From Takakia lepidozioides (lineage: Eukaryota > Plantae > Bryophyta): a stretch of 64,000 nt of DNA. The notes below the pieces were generated by a model that ran no database searches, was not told where the DNA came from, and saw nothing but the letters and a program-made list of their open reading frames with translations. The stretch is from assembly GCA_030704615.1 (NCBI GenBank), contig CM060732.1, positions 27,032,001-27,096,000 on the forward strand, given 5' to 3'. Both the position numbers and the translations under genes were made by a program. Shown one piece after another: positions 49,476-61,551 of this stretch (its first letter is position 1; each line of letters starts with the position of its first letter).

Positions 49476-51411
49476 TCACTCCTCATCACCTGAGTCATAA
49501 GTATACTTGTCCGAGGAATGCAAGCTACGCTGGGCCTCCAATTTGGAGGATAATGAGGTCGAGTCCGAGATTACATCATCCTTCAAACCACCTCCTACTA
49601 TTGGCTCCCCCATCCGGCCGAGCCACTGACTACCCATCCCCACCCCTACACTATCCTCCGTCAATTGTGGCGTCTTGGCCATTGAGGCTACAAGGGCCTT
49701 CCACCCCTGAGTCTTACAAAAGTTGTGCTCGATGGCGGAGGGAGGCCTCTGAAACTTCTTTTTCTGCACATGACATACAAATGCAATGACAGGTCAGAAT
49801 TCATAATGGAAGGGAGAAGCTAAAAAAGAGAATGGGTATGACAAGAGAAAGAACACTTACGAATCGGGTGACAAAACTCTTGCTGCTTCCGCCGGGCCCC
49901 ACTTGTGTGTTGATTCCGCACACTTCTTGAGGCGGGTTGCAGTTGCCGCACGTCCCCTTGCGAAGATCTCCGCCTTCAGCTCTTCCCTCTCCCCTGCGAT
50001 GAGAGCCTCCCCAGATTCCTGTCCAGCCCACAACAAGACACTATAAATGTTAATGAACTCCATACCGCAATGAACATGCATTCAAAGACGCCAATGACAA
50101 GTGAAGTGCGTCTTACCTTGGTTATTCCATGTGGCATGGTCGTTGGTTCGACCCCCGCCTTGAGTGCCTTGCGAATGGTTTGTCGCGCACGGTACCTCTT
50201 GTCCTTGAGTTCTTTCCCACCAGCTCCAAGAGCTTCCCCTCATTCCACTCACCCGGAAATGTGCCCTCAAGTGCTTGCACAAATGCTCGCCTATGGCGAT
50301 GTGATTGGCGTGGCAATCAATATGCCAAGGGAACCACCTCGCCACCAAGTCGAAGGCTACTTTTCTCATGGCCTCCCAATACTCACCAATGGGGTCACTG
50401 ACCTTATTGGTCTCTAAGGGGGGCACCTTCATCTTTGGCAAATCAATTTTGCGGTGACCCGAGGTCTTTACCTCGTCCACGCTCTTCTGAACTACCTCTC
50501 CCTTGTCTTTTGTTGCCGCGCTAGTGCCCTCCACCGGCTGCACACTCATCTGAACTAGCTCCCCCTTGTCTTTTGTTCACCCACTAGTGCCATCCCCCGG
50601 CTGCACCTCTCTCCTTCTACGCCTCTTTCTCTTACGCTCCCTCTCCTGGGCCTGTCCTTTCCCCTTCCCCTCCACTACTTCCCTACCCTCCTTGATGATT
50701 AAGGGAACCTCGGGGACACAACGTCTTTTCCTCTTCCTCTTACCATCCCCACGGGTAGGCACCACCACTGTCCCTGTTTTGTCGGTGGCAATTCCACTGC
50801 CTGCCACAAGCTTAGCCACGAATGCGCCAAGCTCCTGAACACACAAAACCCACAAAAAAAAAAAAACCAGAAACAAAATGAAAGGCAAATGAAAGAAAAA
50901 AAGGTGAAGGAAAGAGGCTCACCTTTGCGTCCATGACCTCAATGATGCCCTCGGTCCCCGCTTGTGGTGCACCCCCCATAACGCCCTCTCGGAATAAGGG
51001 TGGAAGCCTATCCCATGCACCCAATAGGCTCGTAGGCGGCGCCCCAAAGTCCAGGGTCTTCTTCATTGACCGTTCAGGCGACGGACTTCGCAAAGGGCCC
51101 TCCAAAGCCAGTGTCACCCTCTCCTCTTCCCCCTCCCTTTCCCGTGCCCCCTCATTTCCCTCTTCCCTTTCTTGTCTTCCTCCCTCTTCCTTTCCTCCTC
51201 CTTCCACCTCATTGCGGCCTCCTTTGAAGCCTCCCTCTTCTCCCAAGGTGAAGAGGAACCCACCCCCTTCTGAGCCCCCCCCCCCTTTATAAGCCATCTT
51301 GGCTGCAGAAGAAGGGGAAAATGCATTGGCGGTGGAGCTAAGATCAAGTTGCCCATAGCTGGCGCTAGATCTGAGAATGCGCTTCCCCGCGTAAAAGTCA
51401 GGGCCCTCCAT
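49476..51411 (-). pseudogene. Probable CACTA second (TnpA/ORF2-like) gene remnants
   Basis: Series of minus-strand ORF pieces with apparent splice sites downstream of the transposase; charged, low-complexity sequence plus WEAMRKVAFDLVARWFPW; no firm domain call. Confidence 0.4.
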
Positions 51412-53314
51412 CAGCCCGTGGGGTGGCGTCCTAGCCTGAACATTGGGTGCACCACCCTCAAGTGGAGGCTCATCCCTAGCCTCTTTCGAGGGCGATTACG
51501 TACCAGAAATCCCCAATCCTAGACCCCTAGGCTAGAGGGTACTGCGACGTTCCAGCGACGTGCAGGAGTCGCAAAGTCACCATTTCCCCTTGGACGCCCA
51601 GCTCGACGGGGTATTGCGATGTCCCGTCGTCGCTGGACGGCCTAGCGACGCTCCAGCAGGGCCGCGACGTTGGGGAGTCGCCCCCCCCGTGCCCGCCACG
51701 TGGCGAGGGCATGCCACCTCGCGGGGGTTGCGACTGCTAGAAGTCCGCCCGTCAGTGGTAATTGCGACGTCCAGGAGTCGCCGAGAGGCCCTATTTAGTG
51801 TCTCTTTCTCGCAAAGGTCATGGCCAGGGTCAATTGATCCCCTTCTTCCAATCTTTATAGTGCTCATTCTCTCTTGTTGTATAACAGCGCCAGAGTTCTT
51901 TCTATCACCATTGGTGCCGATCCCAGCAACTTACGGCCGCCGCCACATCCCTCCTCCCTCATCCCCTGAGGTGGGGCTGATGATTTTTTGCACATGCACA
52001 GGATTTTGTTTTTATTACCATTCCATCTCAAGCCATATGCTTAATGACAGCGTTTGCAATGCGTGTGCAAATTTTGGGAGTGAAACAAAAATCATTAGAC
52101 TGAAAACCATATTTTCCTTCCCTCATTTGCACTTCCCAAGTTGCTTTCTTTTTCAACTTCCATTCCTCTCCAAGAGAATTCCGCAATAGTTAGTGAGGAA
52201 ACTCTTGTTTTTTTTTGTTTTTTTTTTTTTTTGTCCAATTTTTTCCATGGATGTAGTGGTCTGGGGTTTGCATTCACAAACAAAATAGAGCTAAACAAAA
52301 ATCAATTACGTAGGAACAAATTGCAATCATAGATATTGTAAATGCAGGGGGTTGCGACCTCCAGGGGTCGTCTTGCGACGGTATTGCGACGCATTGCGAT
52401 GCCCCAACAGTTCTGTCGACGGCGGGGAATCGCAATATCGCCTTTTCTGTGTCTTTGGCAAGGTCATGGCAGAGGCCAAGCTGAATGGATCCATTGTTGC
52501 AAATCTTTTAGTCCTCCTTCTGTGCTACATATAACAGGTCTATCTTGCATGTGGGAGACCGTGATCACCCCGGGCGGCCTTATGTTAAAGCAAAGGGCAG
52601 GAAGAGGGATGGTGACACTAGGAAAGGAAAAGGAAGGGCCACCATGGGATTAGAGGGTTGAGGGTAGATGCTTTGGCAATGGCTTTAGCAACATTTTGTC
52701 TTTTTCACACTTTCAATTTCTTTCAATTTCGAGATTCTTTCTTTCTGTGTTGCATCGAGATCATGGTAACCAAATCGATTGAAGTGTTTCCACGGTAAGT
52801 CTTGGTCAGCACTTGTAGAACAAGAACCATGTCTCCAACATTCTTGCCCTCTTACAAAAACCCAACGTCTAGAGTTCACTTTTCAAGTCAACAACTTCAC
52901 TAAATCATTCCTAGATCGCCACACCTACAAAGGAATTTTTTTCATGGATTTTTCATTAATCAATCATAGAAATAAGCTACATGCATGTACATGTACAATC
53001 AATCGAAGGGATGGGTACAATTTTGTGCGAGAATTATTATGTAGCTTTGATTACGTGTCTAATCAACTTGAACATCAATCATCCGGAGCTTCTTCGTCTC
53101 ATCAAGCTTCAAGTCTTCTTCTGCTCATCAGAGTCATTGTCAATAAATGGCCTGGTCACCAAAAGGCACATCTATTTATCTTCTACTTTATCTTCTACCT
53201 CGGTTTCAATGACCATATCTTCATATTCTTCTCCAACATCCGCATCTGATGGAGCCTCATCGTATAGGGTTCAGGATGCATTGTCCGGGGTGTCATCATT
53301 CTCTTGTATTCCCT

Positions 53315-54960
53315 CTATCCAACCTCGGCCAATATCATCGTCAACATGACCCGTCTCTTCCTCCTCCGCTTTTGCCTCGCCCCATGTAGATCCCCGACCA
53401 TGATAGATACGTCAGCATGCACAACCACCTTCCAATTTCCTGATCCGGAGAAGAAAACTTGCTCCATGTCTGAAGGCCATGAAAAAGGCTCATCGGAGGG
53501 ACGATAAGTAGACTCGAGCCTATCTGTATTGACGCGCATGAAACCACACTCGTCTTCCATTATTGTTGCGGAGGGCCCCACAAGATGTGGCTGGAACCAC
53601 CTTGCCTTGAAGATAAGAGGCTGGTGTCTTGTATACTGAAGTTGGAGTATGCTCTCAAGCTCTTTAAAGTACAGTTGAGTGTGCTCATGGTAGGTCGTGT
53701 ATCTCCTCTGCCCCACACGGAGTCTTGCCAATATGATGCACACAAGCCAGAATCAAATGTTGGTTTGCGCTTCATGTCAAGAGCACGAATGCGGAAATGA
53801 CGACCATGAACCCAAACTGTTGTGTATGAGGTCGCAAATTGAGAGGGGCCCCTTGCAATGTCTTGCACCAAATCTGAAACCACCTTACATTTCGCAATGT
53901 TATCCTCTACTTCAGTCCGAAGCCAATGGCGGAATGAACTTAGAGGCTGCAATTCCATGGGCAAATCTTGTGAAGGCACATTCATACGCCAACCCCATGC
54001 TCGCGGAGCGCGTGTAGTCGCCCTTGCATGGTTCCGCCTCCACGCAACCGTCTTTTCCTGTCTTTGCTGAACAAGGTTATTGTATCTTGTCTCCCACTCA
54101 TGTATGGATGGGGTGTTCTTCAGTATGAACTCATGCGCTTGGTTAATCACCATGATGGGTAATTTTTACCCTCTTTGAATTTTTGGCAAAAACGATGTCC
54201 TTGGTTCGTACATCCTCATCTTCCTTCCACATCGGAGGGGCTTCTTTATCCACCCTTGCCAAGTACTCCATGTAGTAGAACATAACCTCTTGCAATGTAT
54301 ACCTCCGCCATACTCCCCCCTACCCTCCGGTGTGCCATTTGTCTTACATGTGCTTTCAAAGTCTTCACTATTCGCTCACGGTAGTACATCCACCGAGAAT
54401 GAACGGGGCCGGCAATTGAAGCCTCTTCCACTAAGTGCACTACCAAGTGCACTTGGATGTCAAAGAAGGAGGGAGGAAGGTGCATCTCCAACATATACAT
54501 GACCTCCGCTGGCTCCTTCTTCATGCGTGGAAACTCCGCTTCCTCCAGCTCTTTGGAGCAAATCCACCGGAACAATGCTCCCAATCTATAAACTGTCTTG
54601 CGAACCTCGGGAGTCAATGTCCCACGTACTGCAATGGGCAAGATGTCTTGCAATAGATTGTGGTAGTCATGAGACTTCAAACCATGGCCCCCGAATTCGT
54701 TGAACTTCATACGGAGGGATGACCCATAACCACTCGGTGTTCGGACAGCTCCTATTGTGGCTATCACTTTCTTGTATTCCTCCTTTATTCATTGCCAAGG
54801 TGTGCGCCTATACTTCCACCATACAACACCCTTTGGGTCCACACCATTTTCTTCGGACCATAGATGGGGCATGCGACCTTGCTCCTCAAGTTCCTTTCTA
54901 ACACTGAGAGAATCTCCTTTCGCAGCCACTCATTTTTTTGCCGGCGTGCCATGAAGAACA
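53315..54960 (-). pseudogene. CACTA TnpD-like transposase (DUF4218/DUF4216 regions), frameshifted
   Basis: GLKSHDYHNLLQ, LPPSFFDIQVHLVVHLV, GPVHSRWMY, VHGRHFR, FDSG, DECGF..VN, DEPF..QVFF. Confidence 0.88.
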
Positions 54961-57918
54961 CGAAAAAAGGATGAGCAAACATTCTTCTCAATATGCATGG
55001 GATCTAGAAGATGACGAATCTTCAGGTCCTACACATATCCCCACCCACAAATTCTTACACGTCTATTTTGTCGTGAAAATGACAATGGAAATCATACAAA
55101 AAATGCAATATCACATGCATGCATAGCAATATTGATGGTGTTTTTGTGGAATATGTACCCCCCAATATGGCAACTCATAGAAGATTGAAAGCCGCTTCAT
55201 GCCGAGCACCTCCACTTCACCGGACCCCTCCGGAGACAATGATCTTGAAAACCAATAACCACGATCTTGAAATAAAGCCAAAGCTTTTTACAAAGCGAAA
55301 TCATTCGATGTTGTGCTTATCTCTACCATCCTACCTGAGCATGTGCGCGAGTTTTTTGTGATGGCATTTGAGGGGAGGGAGAACCCAGTTGTCTGTCTCT
55401 CTCATTCTTTAGATTCCGAGGTGCTTTCTCAAGCTCTTGGATTTTTTCGATGAGATTGTCCACCTTTCGAATTTGTCAAGGAATCGAGGATGCTACCAAA
55501 GAAGTTTAGTATGCGCCTAGTCCAAGGTTCCCTAGAAGCTATCTGATGTATCTATATGTCAACGTTGTCTCTTGACATTGGATGCCTGCTACGACTGATG
55601 TGATTATGTCAAACAACTCCCACAAAGGCAACGACGTGCAACTGGAGCAAGTGATGCAAATTGGCACCAAGACTCTACGCTATGTAAATCACATGGAGGT
55701 GGAAATGTTAATGGGATCTCATCCGATATACAAAGCGAAATCATCCGAGGTTGTGCTTTCTCTACCATCCTACCTAAGCATGTGCGCGCGTTTTTCTGTG
55801 ACAAAGAGTATTTGGGGCCGATTGCAAGTCGTTCTGTGACAAAATCTTTCGAATTCGTCAAGGAATCGAGGATGCCACCAAAGAAGTTTAGCATGCACAT
55901 AATCCGAGGTTCTCTACAAATTATCTGATGTATCTAGATGTCAACGTTGTCTCCTGACAGTGGATGTCTGCTAGCTATGACTTATGTGATTATGTCAAAC
56001 AACTCCCACAAAGGCAACGATGTGCAATTGTATTGTATTCATGATTTGATTTGATGATTTGTTGATTTGAAGTTTGATTTGATGTTGATTTTGAAATAAG
56101 GCCAAAGCTTTATACACCGAGTGATCTCTAACAAGAATGATTTGCTTCAGTTCCTTCATCTGGGTGATAATATCAGTCTCTACTACTACTTGTTGTGCAT
56201 CTTCATCAATTATTACGCACTTAAAAGCTTCAACGATCGTTGGCCTTCTATGGAGACAGTGCAAAAAAACAATGCAAGCATTCTCTATGCATTCCATCTC
56301 CAACCATTCCAGTGATGTATCTAGATGTCAACGTTGTCTCCTGACAGTGGATGTCTGCTACGACTTAGGTGAATATGTCAAACAACTCTCACAAAAGCAA
56401 CGACGTGCAACTGGACTGCAACGATGTGCAATTGTATTGTATTCATGATTTGATTTGATGATTTGTTGATTTGAAGTTTGATTTGATGTTGATTTTGAAA
56501 TAAGGCCAAAGCTTTATACACCGAGTGATCTCCAACAAGAATGATCTACTTCAGTTCCTTCATCTAGGTGATAATATCAGTCTCTACTTCTACTTGTTGT
56601 GCATCTTCATCAATTATTACGCAATTAAAAGCTTCAACGATCGTTGGCCTTCTATGGAGACAGTGCAAAAAAACAATGCAAGCATTCTCCATGCATTCCA
56701 TCTCCAACCAATGTCTCTGTCAATTCAGAAAACAACTCAGTGCCAAAACTTCCTAGTTTTCCAAATCCATTTTCGTCTTTGTTGTATCACAGGGAAAGCT
56801 TGCAGCGTCTTTACATTCCAGAGTCTGTTGAGGAAATAAATTTATTCCAAACCATATGCTTAATGACAACATGTGCAATGTGCATGCAAAATTTGGCAGT
56901 GAACAGACATCATCTTCACCCAAAACCATATTTTCTTCCCTCATTTGCACTCCAAGGTTGAGTTCTCTTCAAGTCCATGCATTGTTGACGAGCATATTTC
57001 TTAATGTTGCTTATCTTTTGAGACTTTGCATATGTGATTTGGACATACTTAAGCGCGTGTGGACCAAATATGAGCTTGAACCAAGTTCATTCAATGGGTC
57101 ATTCAAGTATTGAACACATCTACGTGTTTTAGAGACGAAAAACTGCATTTCGTTTGCACATGATTTTATTTTTATTCCGTTCTTAAACCATATGCTTAAT
57201 GACAGCATATGCAATGTGCGTGAAAAATTTAAGAGTGAATAAAAACCATTTTGCCCCAAAACCGTTTTTTCTTCCCTCATTTGCACTCCAAAGTTGAGTT
57301 GTCTTCAACTTCATGCACTATTCATAGAGAGTTCTGCAATAGTGAATGAAAAAAACATTTTTTTATTTTTTATTTATTTTTGGCCCAATATTTTGCACGG
57401 ATGTAGTGGTGCAAGGGTCGAATTCATAGAACAAAACACAACCAAAAACAATTATTACGTAGCAGCAATCCCCAATCCTAGACCCCCAGGCAAGAGGACA
57501 CTTGCGACGCCCCAGCAGGCATGCGACTGCGGGGAATCGCAACCTCGCCATTGTGGCGTTTCGGCGACGTCTGGACGTCGCAAACCCCAGCGCGACCTGA
57601 CTCGGCCCTCCCCACGTGCCTAAGTGTGAGGGGGGTGTTGTTGCGATTCCCGACAGTCGCAGCCTTGCGGGAGCGTCGCAGAAGATAAGTGCAACGCCTG
57701 GGCGTCGCAACCCCCAGCTCGCTGGCGGGTCATCCCCAACAGCAGCAACGTGGCAGAATCGCAAACAGACGAAGCGTCACCGGAGCGGCGTGGCGGCAAC
57801 GGGCCGACGTCGCAATTTCCGGGTCGGGCGCCTGCGCGGCGCTGCAGTCGCAGGAGGGTCGTCACGTCCGGCGCGCCCGGGCTCCCAACGTCACTAACCC
57901 CCCCTAAACGTAGTAGTG

Positions 57919-59415
57919 GCCCAAGACCCAGGAGAATCTGTTCAACTTCAACCAGGTAGGGAGAGAAACCAGGGGTGACGGGGTTCATGGATTCATCTCC
58001 TTAGAGAGTAGGGTCCAACCACAAACCCTGACTGGGGTTAGAGTAGCCGCCGGGGATGCTCAGGACCTGGTCCGAGAGAAGCTACGGAGACATTGTTGCA
58101 GGATCAATGTTGAATGGGTCGAAGACCAAGTGCTCACGATCAGAGGTTTCTTGCACAAAGAAAATAACCAACCGACCATTGAAGAGGGAGAGAGCCCAAA
58201 AATTGTGACATGGCATCTGAGGACTGGTCAGACTAAAGGCAGGCAAGGCAATGGGGAGGTAAGGACTGCTTTATCTGGTCATACCGTTTGATGGCTCTTG
58301 CCTTCCCTATAGTAGAAGAAACAACTTCAATGGATTTCCAGACTCCATTTTCCCACAAGTGCCCCACCTGGCAAACACCGATATTGTCCCAGGAAGACCA
58401 ACGTCTAGCCTTATTTCTTTGGGAAGCAGATGGCATGCCAGAGTTCAAGAAGAGGTGTTGGCAAATAGTTTCATAGAACGAGGTTGGATCTTTCTTCTTA
58501 AGGAATTTCCTGAGCTTGGCCCAGGCTTTCCAAATGGAAGTCCACAGAGGAGAGCCTACCATCTTATGTTTGAACCCCTAAACCTGCATCTTATTCGACA
58601 GAGGAAATGCCTGGACAATATGTGGGGCCACAAGAAATTTCCACCAGCCTCCTTCTGGCCCCAGAAAATGAGGGACCCATTTCCCCAACAGTACCGTTAT
58701 CTGAGAATCCGGATCCAACACCCCCAATCCTCCCATTTTCTTTGGCAAACATATTGTTTCCAGGAAACTTGCGGCCTTTTTTGACCTGAAGCTTGAGCAC
58801 CCCAGATGAAGTTCCTAGTAAGGCGTGTGATCTCCCTAATTGTCTTGGAGTCTGGGCTCCAAGTTGTGGCGAAGTACCATATGCTAGCAGACATGATTTG
58901 GTTTGCTACGAAGACTCTTCCGGTGATGGAGAGATGCTTAGAAACCCAATAGGTTAATTTTTGTTTATGAATGGCCAAGGTAGGAGCGAACCTTTGCTGG
59001 TCAGATAGTCCGATGCCAAATGTGTATCCTAACAAGGTAGTGGATTGACCTGGCTACAGCCATATGAGACCATGTTGAGTCCCCCATGAAGGGTTTTGAC
59101 CCATGGCTGTGGCCGAGAGGTCCCCGTCCAAAAGAGCCGAAGTTTTACTCCAGTTACCTTGAATCCTGACGCAAAGCCGATTGTGTTCAGAGTATCCGCC
59201 GCTGAGTCTAGGTTGGTGGTATTAGCTTGCAGCATCAAGAAGGTATCATCCACAAAAATAGAGTCTATTATTTGGTTTGGTCGTTGGGTATAGTAGTTAG
59301 TCACTCTAAGCCCTGAGATAGAAGGATTGTTTTGAAGCATGTAACCTAGTAAGGAGTTGGCAACCACCAGGAAAAGGAAAGGCGCCAGGGGGCATCCCTG
59401 CCTGATTGCTTTGCA
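57919..59415 (-). mobile_element. L1-like LINE ORF2 (RT C-terminal half), continuation of 47205-48430
   Basis: IRQGCPLAPFLF, FVDD, LSITGRVFVANQIMSASIWY, GSPLWTSIWKAW; frameshifts. Confidence 0.9.
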
Positions 59416-59419
59416 CCTG

Positions 59420-59735
59420 TAGCCTCTTTTGCCCTCCCTCATCAGACCTAACCAATCAGGATTCAATATTAAAGGCAGGGATATCCTGGACAATCTCTTG
59501 CTGGCTCAGGAAATCCCTTTCTTCGCCACTAACACCAACCAGGCTACAGCTCTTCTTCTCTTAGATTTTGAGAAGGCCTTCAACAGAGTTGAATGGTCCT
59601 TTATTCGAGCTCGGGCTTTGTACAAGATTGGCTTCCCAAAATCCTTCTGTTAATGTGTTAAGATTCTTCTCCTATCTTCCACTAGCAAAGTTACCAATAA
59701 TGGAGCCCTCTCCAAACCCTTTGTTATCCGCTTTA
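59420..59735 (+). mobile_element. Inverted 5' segment of the same LINE RT
   Basis: LIRPNQSGF..GRDILDN..LLLDFEKAFNRVEW..NGALSKPFVI is the region that normally lies just before IRQGCPL. Confidence 0.85.
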
Positions 59736-60315
59736 GCAATGATTTTGTAAGCTGTAGAATAAAACTATAACTTATCCTAAGAAGGAGGATTAACCAATTC
59801 TAAGGTTCGTTCACTGGGGAAAGCACTATACAATCGCAAAATAATGATGCTTGACTAACCTATCTCCCTCCAACCCCTCTACATGATGATCCCTATCACT
59901 ACCTATCTCAATCTAAAGTAACTAATACCCGACCCGTCTCAATAATATTTCCTCCCTCTTCTATCAATTCTATTCCATCAGCTGACACTAAGTACCACTA
60001 TTTTCTATATCGCTGCAATGTAATTTCTTAAATAAAGCTTAGTTGTGATGATAAAGATATATTCTCTTTTCAACTAGTCAATAGGGGATGGTACAGGGAA
60101 TTGTCAATGCTCTATAGAAATTGTTATTGGAAGCATAATTGGCTATAGACATGGTATAGACCTTTTGAGGGCTATCTTGAACTTATGGAAGAATGGAATA
60201 ATACATATGGAGTAGGGAAATCTTTGGAGGAACTGAGTAACCAGAATTGGTGGTAAAGAACGATCGATGGTGTGTGAAGAGGAGAAGAGATAGCAGCTCT
60301 TTTGGAATTGATTAA

Positions 60316-60870
60316 TGGTCTACCCGCCCGAATCACATCTATCGACGCCAGACGGGAGTCATTTTCCCGAAAGCAGACGACATCATTGTCTTCCTGGATG
60401 TTTACAGGGACGATCCTCGACTTGTCCAGCTGAGAGCAATGCAGTTTCTTCCAGGATTGCACGATTCTCCTGGACCCCGGCTGGGGAGCAGGTGGTTCCT
60501 ACGCATCATGGACCTGGACTTTCCGCATGAGTGGGAGCCGAACAGATCACGCACAGCGTTGCTGTATCGCTGGAATTGTTGCGAGTGGACGTATGATGAG
60601 TGCATAGGTGAAAACTTTACGCGTGGACGGACTGGCTCGGAAAGTGGGGACATTCTCTTCAGTTATGAGGATGAGGAGGAGGGGAGCACAGGGCCCATTG
60701 TGAAAATGTCCTTCTACCAAGGGGGCGCTATTGATAAACACGACATCCTCGTTAGTTTCAACCGGGCGACAGAAACCACTGACATTTTGTTCAAATATAG
60801 GCACCCGGTCACTGAGGAGGTCCTTGAGAGGCCAGTTAGAGTTCCTTCTTCTTGGGCGAGGGGACCATAG
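60316..60870 (+). CDS. Hypothetical protein convergent on the second MULE transposase
   Basis: Frame open from 60316 (first ATG 60439) to 60870 with protein-like composition; no recognised domain. Confidence 0.35.
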   Translation, partial: WSTRPNHIYRRQTGVIFPKADDIIVFLDVYRDDPRLVQLRAMQFLPGLHDSPGPRLGSRWFLRIMDLDFPHEWEPNRSRTALLYRWNCCEWTYDECIGENFTRGRTGSESGDILFSYEDEEEGSTGPIVKMSFYQGGAIDKHDILVSFNRATETTDILFKYRHPVTEEVLERPVRVPSSWARGP

Positions 60871-61551
60871 GTCTTGCATGCTAGAGTAGACATGTTTTGA
60901 CTCGCTGACACTCATGGCACATACATTTTCATTTAGAAATCAAGCAGCTTCCCTGTGCCATATGGGGAATATACATGCTTGGATAATCTTCTGTTAAGGT
61001 TTTTTGCAATTCACTGCCAGTATGCTGGGACGTGACATTTGTCGTATGGATTGCTGTTTGCACAAGGTGCAGTATGCAAATGCTGGAATGTGCAGTAGGA
61101 CCCTTCCCACTGGGACACAGAACTAGCAATCTTGTAAAGGCATCACATTTGCAGAACAGTAACAATGTATTTGTAGCAAATTGGAGTCTTCTCATAAAGG
61201 TGGACGAAAACGCCAGGATGGGCTGCGAAATCACTACAAATTGAGTGAAGAGCAATAACAAGGAAGCAATATGCAGTACACAGACCATAAACGGCGTTGA
61301 AATAGGCCTCAATGCCCGTTAATCTCCACACAATGTATGCTTTACTCGGATCCATTTGTAGACAACCAAAATAAAAAAAGCATGTGCATGCCATTCATGG
61401 CCAAAAACCACATTCTCATGTATTGCGGCACCGAAATTCACCTGTAGCCATGGCGATGCGGCACCACCAGTGTATAATTCCTCACAAAAAATAGGGTGCA
61501 AGAAGATGAATGTAATATAATTGCCACTTTCTCCTTCCCGAATGTGGAATG

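Larger units (their letters stand above)
48431..57918 (-). mobile_element. Complete CACTA (En/Spm) transposon, 9488 bp, TSD GCC
   Basis: GCC|CACTATTAC ... GTAGTAGTG|GCC; dense GCGAC/GTCGC subterminal repeats at both ends; removing it restores LINE reading LLGLG|RSLAELPLDPEEW. Confidence 0.95.
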
